A stretch of DNA of 64,000 nucleotides, from contig CBDBLV010000005.1 in the NCBI GenBank assembly GCA_965207225.1, positions 1,632,001 to 1,696,000 of the forward strand, given 5' to 3'. The translations under genes were made by a program, and so were the position numbers. The first letter of the stretch is position 1; each line of letters opens with the position of its first letter. The notes below the pieces were generated by a model, which was given only the letters and a program-made list of their open reading frames with translations, made no database searches and had not been told where the DNA came from. The stretch is from Dehalococcoidia bacterium (GTDB lineage: Bacteria; Chloroflexota; Dehalococcoidia; Plut-88900). This document shows, piece after piece, positions 48,931-58,518 of this stretch.

Positions 48931-49655
48931 GTCGGGGGAGGGATGGCAGCTTGAAGTTCAGGATAGTGCTGGAGGACGTTCACTTCTCATACGGCGAAAG
49001 GGCGGCTTTGAAGGGCGTATCGGCGTCCGTGCGAGCAGGAGAATTCGTCTGCCTCTTGGGGCCGAACGGCGCCGGCAAGTCGACGCTGGCACGGCTGATT
49101 GCGGGTGAGTTGTCGCCGACGGAAGGTCGGGTCTACGCGGGCTCGGGGGACGAATCGGGCGGGCAAAGCGAGTTAAGACGGCACATCGCATACCTGCCGC
49201 AGGACCTACAGGACCCGCCCTTCGTAAGCTACAGGGAACTGGTGACCCTGGGGCGGTTCAGGCCGGAACGCAGTCTCGGGTGGAGGGTGAGCGCGGAGGA
49301 CAAGGAGATCGTGCAGGAGTGCCTCGCGCGATGTCTTGCGGACTCGTTTGCGGACCGTCCCTTCGACCAACTGTCTGGAGGGGAAAAGCAGCGGGTCTGG
49401 CTATCGTTCTGTCTTGCCCAGCAACGGGAATTCTTGATTCTTGACGAGTCCCTGCAAAAGGTCGATTATTCCAAGAAAAGCATCTTCTTTCGGATGCTGG
49501 CCGACCTCGCCTCGGACGGCAAGGGCGTGATTCTGATAACCCACGACCTGCAGATGGCGGAACGGTACGGCCAGAGAATGCTGGCGCTGAGGAACGGGGA
49601 GCTGGCCTACGACGGGCCTCCGGGCGAGGAGATTTACTCGCTGATGGAAGACTAA
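48927..49655 (+). CDS. ABC transporter ATP-binding protein
   Basis: GPNGAGKST, LSGGEKQR, ILDE, ITHD; GTG overlaps the permease stop. Confidence 0.92.
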   Translation: MSRGRDGSLKFRIVLEDVHFSYGERAALKGVSASVRAGEFVCLLGPNGAGKSTLARLIAGELSPTEGRVYAGSGDESGGQSELRRHIAYLPQDLQDPPFVSYRELVTLGRFRPERSLGWRVSAEDKEIVQECLARCLADSFADRPFDQLSGGEKQRVWLSFCLAQQREFLILDESLQKVDYSKKSIFFRMLADLASDGKGVILITHDLQMAERYGQRMLALRNGELAYDGPPGEEIYSLMED

Positions 49656-49761
49656 TCGCTAGTTGATTTGACGGGTGGGCAGTGTCGACGCCGCGTGCAG
49701 TCTCCTCCCGCAGGGGACCAGGTGGGCGATGTTACAATGACGGGCAAGGGGACTTGTATAA

Positions 49762-50760
49762 ATGAGAAAGCTGAAATTCGGGGCTTGTATATTTGCGCAG
49801 AAGCCGCTGCCGGAGGTAGTGAAATCGGCGCAACTGGCGGAGCGCCTGGGATTTGACAGCTTCTGGATAGCCGATTCTCAGCTTCTTTGCCGTGAGTTGT
49901 ATGTGACTCTCACCGCCTGCGCCCTGGGCACGAGCACGATAAAGCTCGGGGCGGGGGTAACGGCGCCCTATACACGGCACGTGAGCGTCACGGCGGGGGC
50001 GTTTGCTTCCTTGAACGAGCTTGCGCCGGGTCGGGTGATCCTGGGGGTGAGCACTGGGAACAGCCTGGTCAGGACCATAGGGCGGAGGCCGGCGCGGATC
50101 GCTGAACTGGAGGAATATGTCGGGAAGCTGACGGAACTGCTGAACAACCGGGACACGGAGTTCGACAGTGGGGTGAAGGGTGGCATCTCGTGGCTGGAAG
50201 AGCCCACAGGCATCCCCATCTATGTCGCGGCCACGGGCCCGAAGATGATAAAGGCGGCAACGAGGGCCAGTTCCAACGTGATATTGATGGCGGGGTCGGG
50301 GCCGAGGTTCGTGCATGAGGGGATGGACAAGGCCATTGCGGGGCTGGGGGAGGCGGGGCGGGAGGTGTTGGGGGCGGACGTGATCATGTGGGTACCGTTT
50401 GCGATTGCAGGGGATGGCGCCGCGGCCCGGGAGACCGTTTCGAAGCATGTGGCGGGACTGCTTTCCAGGGTGAACCCGGACCTGTTTGATCCGGAAGACA
50501 GGGAAGCAATCGAACGGATAAGAAAGGGATTCTCTCCGTATCCGCACGATCCTAATGCGCCGAAGAATGCAGGCGGTGTGCCGGACAAGTTCATAGAGCA
50601 GTTGGCCCTTGCGGGAACTCCCGAAGAAGTGAGGGAGCAGGTGGAGAGGATGGCGGAGGTATCTGGGTTCGATACGATTGTGCTCAATACTCAAGCAAGC
50701 GCAGACCTTGATGAGTCTTTGAGGTTGTTCGCAGAGGGCGTAATCGCACCCTTGGGTTAA
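49762..50760 (+). CDS. LLM-class (Mer-like) oxidoreductase
   Basis: GFDSFWIADSQ, TRHVSVTAGAFASLNE, PIYVAATGP; paralogue of 34717-35721. Confidence 0.88.
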   Translation: MRKLKFGACIFAQKPLPEVVKSAQLAERLGFDSFWIADSQLLCRELYVTLTACALGTSTIKLGAGVTAPYTRHVSVTAGAFASLNELAPGRVILGVSTGNSLVRTIGRRPARIAELEEYVGKLTELLNNRDTEFDSGVKGGISWLEEPTGIPIYVAATGPKMIKAATRASSNVILMAGSGPRFVHEGMDKAIAGLGEAGREVLGADVIMWVPFAIAGDGAAARETVSKHVAGLLSRVNPDLFDPEDREAIERIRKGFSPYPHDPNAPKNAGGVPDKFIEQLALAGTPEEVREQVERMAEVSGFDTIVLNTQASADLDESLRLFAEGVIAPLG

Positions 50761-50782
50761 TCGCAGCCTGTACGGAGAGAGA

Positions 50783-51724
50783 ATGGCTGAAAGAGTGTTG
50801 GTGACGGGTGGGGCGGGGTTCATCGGGTCGCATGTTGTGGATGCGATGCTGGGGGAGGGGTATGAAGTTGTAGTCGTGGACAACCTGGAGTCGGGGGGAA
50901 GGGAAAACGTCAACTCGGATGTTGAGGTGCTGGAGACCGATCTCCGGGACCCGGCGCTGTCACAGGTATTCCAGGAACACAGACCACGGTATGTATGTCA
51001 CCTTGCGGCGCAGGCGAGCATTACGAAGTCGATTCGCGGGCCCCTGGTGGATGCGGACGCCAACATCATCGGGTCTCTGAATGTGCTTGAAGAGTGCCGT
51101 AAGAATGAGGTGAAGAAGATCCTATTCTCGTCGAGCGGAGGGGCAATGTATGGTGAACCCGTCACCCTGCCGTGTGACGAGGAACATCCCGTTCGGCCTC
51201 TCTCCCCGTATGGTGCAGCAAAGGCGGCGTTGGAGCTTTATCTGCCCATTTATCGGAGCCTGTACGGCTTGCAATACAGCGCGTTGAGGTATGCCAACGT
51301 ATACGGGCCCCGACAGAGCCCCTTAGGAGAGGCGGGAGTCGTAGCCATATTCGCAGGTCGGATGCTGGATGGCGAGCCGGTGTTCATCAACGGGTCAGGG
51401 GAGCAGGAGCGAGACTTCGTGTACGTGGAAGACATCGCCCGTGCGAACGTTGCGGCCCTGGCTGCCGGAGACGATGAGGCATTCAACCTGGGGTCGGGGG
51501 TGGGGACTTCGGTCAATGAGATATTCAGTCGACTAAGCAGGTTGACAGGCTACGGCCTTGAGCCGGAACACAGGCCGCAACCCGATGGAGAAGTGTTCAA
51601 AATAGTCCTCAATGCGGAGAAAGCGCGAAATGTGCTGGGATGGGAGCCTCGGGTGTGTTTGGAAGAGGGTTTGAGCAGGACCGTAGAGTCGTTGCAGGAC
51701 AGCCCGCAGAAGGTGGAGAGTTGA
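50783..51724 (+). CDS. NAD-dependent epimerase/dehydratase (UDP-glucose 4-epimerase-like)
   Basis: TGGAGFIG, YGAAK, YANVYGPRQ, RDFVYV. Confidence 0.92.
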   Translation: MAERVLVTGGAGFIGSHVVDAMLGEGYEVVVVDNLESGGRENVNSDVEVLETDLRDPALSQVFQEHRPRYVCHLAAQASITKSIRGPLVDADANIIGSLNVLEECRKNEVKKILFSSSGGAMYGEPVTLPCDEEHPVRPLSPYGAAKAALELYLPIYRSLYGLQYSALRYANVYGPRQSPLGEAGVVAIFAGRMLDGEPVFINGSGEQERDFVYVEDIARANVAALAAGDDEAFNLGSGVGTSVNEIFSRLSRLTGYGLEPEHRPQPDGEVFKIVLNAEKARNVLGWEPRVCLEEGLSRTVESLQDSPQKVES

Positions 51725-53736
51725 GCATCAGGTACAGGTATTCTAAGTGGGACGGGACGCAGGAGCCGTTCAGGGCGTCGGCGGAGGAACTGCTGGACGA
51801 GCTGACCAAGGACATTCTCGCCTACGGAGACCTGCAGTCGGCGATGCAGCGGCTGGTGGAGCGAGGAATGCAAACGCGACAGGGGATGCGGATGCAGGGG
51901 CTGCGGGACCTGATTGATCAACTCCGTCGTGAGAAAGAAAAGCAACTCAAGCAATACGACCTCGAGTCGATGATGGACGATCTGAAGGAGACGCTCGACA
52001 AGATCGTGAGGATGGAGAGGGAGGAGCTTGAGAAGCGGCTGGATGAGGCCCGGGGGTCGGGGGAGGGCGAGGACTCTCCAGAAGAGATGAGGGAGATGCT
52101 GGAGAGGATGGTCCAGAAAAAGATGGACCAGCTGGACAACCTTCCGGAGAGTGTGGGCGGGACGTTCAAGGAGCTGATGGACTATGAGTTCTTCGATGAG
52201 GAGGCCCGGGAGGAGTTCCAAAAGCTACTGGACATGCTCAGGCAGAAGATGCTGGACCCCTACGCCCGGGACCTGGCGGAGCGGATGCAGAACATGGGCC
52301 CCGGGGAGATGGATGCGATAAAGCAGATGCTCTCCGATCTGAACGAAATGCTGGAACGGCAAAGGATGGGGCTCGACCCCGGCTATGACGAATTCAAGCA
52401 GAGGTATAGGCGGGCATTCCCTGACATGCCCGATACCCTGGAGGAGTTCGTCGAGGACCTGCAGAGACGGATATCGCAGATGCGGTCCTTGATGAACAGC
52501 CTATCGGACGAAGCGCGGGAGTCTCTCGAGCAGATGATGCAATCCCAGATGACGGACCCCGAGCTGGCTGACTTAATGGCCAGCCTCGCCGAGAACCTGG
52601 AGGCCCTCCACCCGACGCGGCGGAGGATGAGTGGCTACCCGTTCGAAGGGGAGGAGGAGTTGAGCTGGGATGAAGCGATGCAGCTGATGTCCAAGATGCA
52701 GGACATGGAGGAGCTGGAGGCGCAGATACGTCGGGCGCAGGCGAGTCGAGGGCTGGAGGGGATAGACATGGAGAAGCTGCGGGAGGTGCTGGGCGAGGAG
52801 GCGGAAGAGGATGTGGAGGCGCTCAGGCAACTGGTGAGGGAGATGGAGGAAGCGGGATACCTGCGCTTCAAGGACGGGCGCATGGAACTTACACCCAAGG
52901 GCCACCGGCGGATAGGACAGAAGGCGCTGAGGGACATATTTGGGCACATGAAGAAGGACCGTCGGGCGGCGCACGAGGTGAGGAGGACAGGAATCGGGGT
53001 GGAGGACGTGCAGGAGAGCAAGCGCTACGAGTTTGGAGACCCGTTCCGTTTGAATATCCCCAGGACGGTGCTCAATGCCGTTGAGAGATCGGGTGCGGGG
53101 ACGCCGGTGCGGATGATTCCCGATGACCTGGAGATCTACAAGCCCGAACACCAGACCCGGAGCGCGACCGTGCTACTGCTGGACCAGAGCCGGTCGATGG
53201 ACATGAGCGGGGACTTCTTCGGGGCCAAGAAGGTAGCCCTCGCATTGCACAGCCTGATATCAGGGCAGTTTCCAAAGGATGACCTTCACATAATCGGGTT
53301 TTCGCTAATGGCGGAGGAGATCAAGGCTCGGGACCTGCCGGAGGCGGGCGCCAGCGACAGTGCGCCGGGCACGAACATGCACCATGCGCTGCAATTGGCC
53401 CGGGAGTACCTGGCCAAGCGCAAGTGCGAGAACAAACAGATCATCATGATCACGGACGGGGAGCCGACGGCCCACATGGAGCAGGACTACCCGTATTTCG
53501 CCTGGCCCCCGAGCATGGCAACGGTGCAGGCTACGCTCCAGGAAGTGAAACGCTGCACCAAGGACGGGATAATCATCAACGTATTCATGCTGGACACGAG
53601 CTACTATCTAATCGATTTCATGGAGCACGTGACGAAGATAAACCGGGGTCGGGCGTTCTTCACGACGGCTGACAGGCTGGGCGAGTACATCCTGGTTGAC
53701 TACATCAACCACAAGAGGACTCGGATCCGGCCGTAG
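51721..53736 (+). CDS. von Willebrand factor A domain protein with long helical N-terminal region
   Basis: RYRYSKWDGTQ N-terminus, MIDAS DQSRSM, GTNM, ITDGEP. Confidence 0.88.
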   Translation: MSIRYRYSKWDGTQEPFRASAEELLDELTKDILAYGDLQSAMQRLVERGMQTRQGMRMQGLRDLIDQLRREKEKQLKQYDLESMMDDLKETLDKIVRMEREELEKRLDEARGSGEGEDSPEEMREMLERMVQKKMDQLDNLPESVGGTFKELMDYEFFDEEAREEFQKLLDMLRQKMLDPYARDLAERMQNMGPGEMDAIKQMLSDLNEMLERQRMGLDPGYDEFKQRYRRAFPDMPDTLEEFVEDLQRRISQMRSLMNSLSDEARESLEQMMQSQMTDPELADLMASLAENLEALHPTRRRMSGYPFEGEEELSWDEAMQLMSKMQDMEELEAQIRRAQASRGLEGIDMEKLREVLGEEAEEDVEALRQLVREMEEAGYLRFKDGRMELTPKGHRRIGQKALRDIFGHMKKDRRAAHEVRRTGIGVEDVQESKRYEFGDPFRLNIPRTVLNAVERSGAGTPVRMIPDDLEIYKPEHQTRSATVLLLDQSRSMDMSGDFFGAKKVALALHSLISGQFPKDDLHIIGFSLMAEEIKARDLPEAGASDSAPGTNMHHALQLAREYLAKRKCENKQIIMITDGEPTAHMEQDYPYFAWPPSMATVQATLQEVKRCTKDGIIINVFMLDTSYYLIDFMEHVTKINRGRAFFTTADRLGEYILVDYINHKRTRIRP

Positions 53737-53745
53737 GGGGAGGGG

Positions 53746-54129
53746 TCAGGAGATGCCGAGGTCCCGGGCTGTTGAACGGAGTTTCCTGTCGAGTGTGGCC
53801 AGAGGCGTGCCGAGGGTCTGGGCCAGGTGGAGGTAGCTGGCGTCATAGGCGGTGAGTCCGGTGTCGAGGGCTAGTTGCAGGGTTTCTTCGAAGTCAACTT
53901 CTTTTCAGCTAATCACTGTGCTGAGTGCTACATTCAGCGCTTCAAATATGCCGATTCGCTCGGAAGGATTCTGATTTGCTTTCTTCCAGGCAATGTTGGT
54001 GACCTCAAAGGTCAAGAGGTGTGGAGCGTAGAATTCGTACCCTTCCACGAGTGCTAATGCTTCGTCTGCATTTAATTCATCGAAAGCAATAGCGGCGAAT
54101 ACGGATGAGTCAACGACTATGGCCGGCAT
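53746..54129 (-). pseudogene. VapC/PIN toxin interrupted by an in-frame TGA
   Basis: IVVDSS...STVIS*KEVDF...LTAYDASYLHLA...LATLD; TGA at 53905-53907; 128 codons overall. Confidence 0.8.
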
Positions 54130-54352
54130 CTCTATCTTCCCTAATCATTTGAGTTGCTTCATTCGTTCTACGAAGGTTCAATCGCTTGATTTCTTCATAT
54201 GCCTCTTTAATCGTCAAACGCCTGGGCAATAGAGTCTCCTCAAGGATTGAAAGCAATTCACCTTGAATGGAACGATGGTTGCGTTTTGCTCGATCTCTTA
54301 ATCTCTGCGCTAAGGGGTCAGGAACATTTCGGATGGAAAGATTAACTGTCAT
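54110..54352 (-). CDS. FitA/Arc-like ribbon-helix-helix antitoxin
   Basis: LSIRNVPD..AQRLR.RA.RNHRSIQGE, C-terminal IREDRD. Confidence 0.88.
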   Translation of the reverse strand: MTVNLSIRNVPDPLAQRLRDRAKRNHRSIQGELLSILEETLLPRRLTIKEAYEEIKRLNLRRTNEATQMIREDRDAGHSR

Positions 54353-54407
54353 AACTACTCCACTTTACTGCCAGAATGCATATATTTTAGCATCAAAGCT
54401 GCTTCAA

Positions 54408-54436
54408 ATGAAAGGGCCCGCCATTTGGCGGGCCCC
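54408..54436 (-). terminator. Intrinsic terminator after the HesB-like gene
   Basis: GGGCCCGCC / GGCGGGCCC stem followed by TTTC on the minus strand. Confidence 0.6.
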
Positions 54437-54466
54437 AATTTGTTTCTGTCGAATGTAGGTCGGGGG

Positions 54467-54808
54467 TTAGCCGCCCCGGCCGCAGGCGCAGTTGCCGCCA
54501 CAACCTCCTCCACCACCGCCCTGGAAGTTGGGGTTGTTGACCGTGAAACCGGAGCGTTCGAGGGTCTCAATGTAGTCGATTTGCGAACCCTCAAGCATCG
54601 GGGCGCTTTCGGGGTCAAAGACGACGGTGAGGCCATCCTGCTCTACGGTCATGTCCTCTGCAGAGATGTCGTTGTCCAGGGACATCATGTACTGCGGCCC
54701 CCCGCAGCCCATGCCTGCAATCATCACCCGGAGGGAGATTTCTTCCTCTTCCTGCTCGGCGATGAATTCCTTAACCTTTTCGAGAGCGATGGGAGTTAGG
54801 CTTACCAT
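54467..54808 (-). CDS. HesB/IscA Fe-S cluster assembly accessory protein
   Basis: LRV...GCGG.QY, IDY.....GF...NPN, C-terminal CGGNCAC. Confidence 0.9.
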   Translation of the reverse strand: MVSLTPIALEKVKEFIAEQEEEEISLRVMIAGMGCGGPQYMMSLDNDISAEDMTVEQDGLTVVFDPESAPMLEGSQIDYIETLERSGFTVNNPNFQGGGGGGCGGNCACGRGG

Positions 54809-54962
54809 GTGGTTCTCCTAGAGGGCGTTCTAACCGGACGTTTGGGATAGGTTACCGCGAGGGCGGTTGGGGGTCAAGAGTCGGGCGCAACGCCGGAAGA
54901 GGAAACGGGTACTGATATAGTATTCCGGAAATCGGCCGGGCCCGGACTATTGGAGGGATTCC

Positions 54963-56141
54963 ATGACCATGCAATTGGACAGTGAATACGAAAAAGGCAG
55001 ACCGGCGATGACAGCATTGCGAAGGGATATCCACTGCCACCCGGAGCTGTCATTCAAGGAAGTTAGGACGGCGGCGCTGGTAGCCGAGAAGTTGTTGGAG
55101 CTAGGGCTGGAGGTGAGGACGGGTGTCGGCAAAACAGGGGTCACGGGGCTGCTGAAGGGTGGGTCTCCGGGAAAGACCCTGCTTATCAGGGCAGACATGG
55201 ATGCCTTGCCAATTGAAGAATCCAATGGCTTGGCCTTCCGGTCACGGGAGCCGGGGGTGATGCATGCCTGAGGTCACGATGGGCACGTAGCCGTGGCTAT
55301 GTCAGTTGCATCGGTACTGACGGGAGTGAAGGATGATATTAAGGGCAACGTGAAGTTTGCCTTCCAGCCGGCGGAGGAGACCGCGGGAGGTGCGCTAGGG
55401 ATGATCGAAGCGGGGGCGTTGGAGGACCCCAAGGTGGATGCCACTATCGCCCTGCACATTATCAACACGTTGGAGACAGGCAAGGTCGGGGTGCGGGTGG
55501 GCGGGATGTTCGCCAGCGTTGACGAGTTCACCATCAGGATCAAGGGGCGCGGGGGTCACGCGGCACATCCAGAGTCGTTGGTTGACCCGGTGCTTGTTGC
55601 GGGGCAGGCCGTAAGTGCGCTTCACCATATAGTGGGTCGGAATGTGGGGGCGCAGGATTCGGCGGTGCTGAGCATCGGAATGATAAGGGGTGGGACAGCA
55701 TTCAACATCATCCCCGAGGAGGTGGAGTTGAAAGGGACGGTGAGGGCATTCGATGACGGGACTCGAGACAGGGTAATGAGTCGTATTGAAGAAGTGCTGG
55801 CAGGGATAACCGCCGCGGCGGGTGCGACCTACGAATTCGAGGACATCTACCAGAGTCCAGTTGTCATGAACGAGGCAGAAATCACGGACTTAGTCCGTCA
55901 GGCAGCGGAACGGGCCATTGGCGCCGAGAACGTGATTGAGTGCGAACCGACCATGGGCGGCGATGACCAGGCGTATTTCCAGAAGGAAGTGCCAGGTTGC
56001 TACTTCATTGTCGGGGGTGGGGATGAGGGCGCGGGATACGGGCCCCATCACAGCGCGACATTCGGGTTTGACGAGCGGGCGCTAGAGGTCGGGCTCCGGG
56101 TAATGACGGAGGCGGCGTTAGAGTATCTGGGTCGGGGGTAG
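54963..56141 (+). CDS. M20D amidohydrolase, probable selenoprotein (in-frame TGA at 55269)
   Basis: Two ORFs in the same frame join as RADMDAL...MHA*GHDGH...FQPAEE...GGHAA.P; the TGA occupies the Cys of MHACGHD. Confidence 0.85.
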
Positions 56142-56258
56142 GGGACCAGGAACCCCAACTAAGCTCCAAAAGGAGTTGTATTCTTGTAATGCTTTGGTAC
56201 AAACAATGCTATATGTGTTGCCAAAACGCACACAAACGGCAATAATTGGGAAATAGCC

Positions 56259-56540
56259 TTGAGATTTGATTGGAGCGAGGAGAAAAACCACAGGCTCATC
56301 AGGCAAAGGGGAGTCTCATTTGACAGTGTCGTCGCATCCATAGAAGGTGGCCGAGTCTTGGATGTTGCAAGGCACAGTAATCAGGATCGCTATCCGGGGC
56401 AGTGGATGTATGTCGTTGAGATTAATGACTATATTCACATGGTGCCCTTTGTTGTCCAGGACGATGGGTCCCATTTTCTTAAGACCATTATCCCCAATAG
56501 CAGATTAACGAGAGAATATAGAAGGAGGAGACAGCCTTGA
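56259..56540 (+). CDS. BrnT-like toxin
   Basis: FDWSEEKN...RGVSF, Y...VPFV, FLKTIIP. Confidence 0.85.
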   Translation: MRFDWSEEKNHRLIRQRGVSFDSVVASIEGGRVLDVARHSNQDRYPGQWMYVVEINDYIHMVPFVVQDDGSHFLKTIIPNSRLTREYRRRRQP

Positions 56541-56842
56541 ATGAAAGTCTGGATAGGGAAGAAATGGAAATCCTAGAGCAATACGAAAGAGGGGAATTTA
56601 AATCAGTACCCAATATGGAGCAGGCGATAGAATGGGCCAGAGAGGCAGCACGCAACACATTAAAGAAGACCAAACGGGTGAATCTTCGCGTAACGGAGCG
56701 TGACTTTGATCTAGCCCACGCGCGGGCGCGGGAGGAAGGGATTCCGTATCAGACACTGCTTTCCAGCGTGATTCACAAGTATTTGCGTGGTCGGCTGGTT
56801 GAGAAACCGAGGTCTGAAGTCGGGGTTAGGGAGATGATGTGA
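56537..56842 (+). CDS. CopG/BrnA-like antitoxin
   Basis: KRVNLR, A.EEGIPYQTL.SS..HKY. Confidence 0.85.
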   Translation: MNESLDREEMEILEQYERGEFKSVPNMEQAIEWAREAARNTLKKTKRVNLRVTERDFDLAHARAREEGIPYQTLLSSVIHKYLRGRLVEKPRSEVGVREMM

Positions 56843-56909
56843 GATCACATACCCTCCATAAGGCTGTCATTGGGTTGATAGCCCTACGCCTAAGGCTTAT
56901 AGTTGAGCT

Positions 56910-57149
56910 TTGGAATACGAATGGGATGAGGTCAAATGCCTAGCTAATCTCAAAAAGCACCATGTGGACTTTTACGCAGTCTATGGGTTTGACTGGAATA
57001 CGGCGACTGTCAGCTACAGCCAACGTGAGGGTGAGTCCCGATGGACGGCTACGGTATACGCAGGTGATCTGTTCATCTTTCTGGTGTTCACGATAAGGGA
57101 CAACAAGATTCGGGTGATCAGCATCCGCAAGGCGAAATTGGAAGAGTAG
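56910..57149 (+). CDS. BrnT family toxin
   Basis: YEWDE.K...NLKKH..DF, VFT.R...IRVISIRKA. Confidence 0.8.
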   Translation: MEYEWDEVKCLANLKKHHVDFYAVYGFDWNTATVSYSQREGESRWTATVYAGDLFIFLVFTIRDNKIRVISIRKAKLEE

Positions 57150-57150
57150 G

Positions 57151-57495
57151 ATGAAGATTCGGGAGACTAAGCCTAACAAGATCAAGTTGGATCCTGCTGA
57201 TGTAGATAGTTACCGGCAGAAGATAGAAGAACTCGCGGCATTGGAATTGGATTTCGTGGAGGTAAAGGCCATTTATGGCGAGGACGTAGCCATTGACGTT
57301 GGCATTGCCCGAGACCCTGACTGCCCGGAACTAACCGCAGAAGAAATTGCTCAAATGCGCCCCGCCATTGAAGTTGTTCCGGAGATAGTGATGGCATACC
57401 GACGAGGCGAGCTAAGAATCCGACCAGACCTATTGGCGAAAAGAGACAATGGTGGAATGGAAGCTGGACGGCCAACGGAGGTGAGGCGTGACTAA
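57151..57495 (+). CDS. Putative BrnA-related antitoxin / hypothetical protein
   Basis: Directly follows BrnT; DPDCPELT...MRP motif. Confidence 0.55.
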   Translation: MKIRETKPNKIKLDPADVDSYRQKIEELAALELDFVEVKAIYGEDVAIDVGIARDPDCPELTAEEIAQMRPAIEVVPEIVMAYRRGELRIRPDLLAKRDNGGMEAGRPTEVRRD

Positions 57496-58471
57496 GAAGC
57501 TGTTGGTTGGAACGGATGCTGGGCTCCTCATCCTAGAAAGGGAAAACGGCTCCTGGGCCAAGTCCGCCGAATCACTGGAAGGCAAGTGGGTGCAGAAACT
57601 GGAGATCGATGCCTCTGGGAGGATGTATGCGGGAATTACGCATGATGGTGTGTACTGGGCGGACTCGGCGTCGGGCCCCTGGACTCAGGGTTTAGAGGGA
57701 GACATCAGGGGCCTGGGTGTCTCTCCTCATCAGTCGGGCATGGTTTTTGCCGGTACGGAGCCGGCAGCAGTGTTCAGGAGCCGGGACGGGGGGGAGAGCT
57801 GGCTTGAAATGGAGGCCGTGAAGGCACTGCCCAACTATTCGACATGGTCTTTCCCAGCCCCTCCGTTCATCTCCCATGTGCGGACATTCGACTTTGATCC
57901 CGTCGAGCCGGCAACCGTGTATGCGGGGGTGGAGGTCGGGGGGCTGATCCGCAGCAAAGATGGCGGGGAGACATGGGAGCATTACGGTGAGGGCATATAC
58001 GAAGATATCCACTATCTTCTATCGCACCCCAGCGATGCCAAGGTCATGTACTCGACCACGGGCGATGGATTTTACCGCTCAACGGACGGGGCCCGGAACT
58101 GGGAGCACATACAGGACGGCATGGAGAACCCCTACACTCATCCCATCATCTTCGACAGCCGGGACCCGAACATTCTTTACATAGGATCGGCGATAGACAA
58201 TCCCAGCACCTTCGGGAGGCCGGAAGGCGCTGCGGCGCGCATATACAGGAGCAGGGATGCGGGGTCGACGTGGGAGAGGCTCGGGAACGGGCTGCCGGAC
58301 AGGCTTCACGGGATGGTGAGGGGGTTGGTGTCGGACCCTGGGGTGTCAGGCGGGTTGTATGCGGGTACGACGGACGGGGAACTGTTCGCCAGCGAGAACG
58401 AGGGAGACAGCTGGGAGCTGATCGCAGACGGGCTTCCGGCAATATGGGTGATCAAGGTGCCCTCTAATTGA
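57488..58471 (+). CDS. BNR/Asp-box beta-propeller protein
   Basis: Repeated SxDGGxxW Asp-boxes, AGTEP, AGVEVGG. Confidence 0.88.
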   Translation: MTKKLLVGTDAGLLILERENGSWAKSAESLEGKWVQKLEIDASGRMYAGITHDGVYWADSASGPWTQGLEGDIRGLGVSPHQSGMVFAGTEPAAVFRSRDGGESWLEMEAVKALPNYSTWSFPAPPFISHVRTFDFDPVEPATVYAGVEVGGLIRSKDGGETWEHYGEGIYEDIHYLLSHPSDAKVMYSTTGDGFYRSTDGARNWEHIQDGMENPYTHPIIFDSRDPNILYIGSAIDNPSTFGRPEGAAARIYRSRDAGSTWERLGNGLPDRLHGMVRGLVSDPGVSGGLYAGTTDGELFASENEGDSWELIADGLPAIWVIKVPSN

Positions 58472-58518
58472 GTCAAAGAACCAAAAGGTAATGTCCGAGA
58501 GTTGAGGAGCAAGCCGAA

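Noticed and set aside
54467-54808. HesB-like selenoprotein
   Set aside because: Cys codons throughout and a TAA stop; no in-frame TGA.
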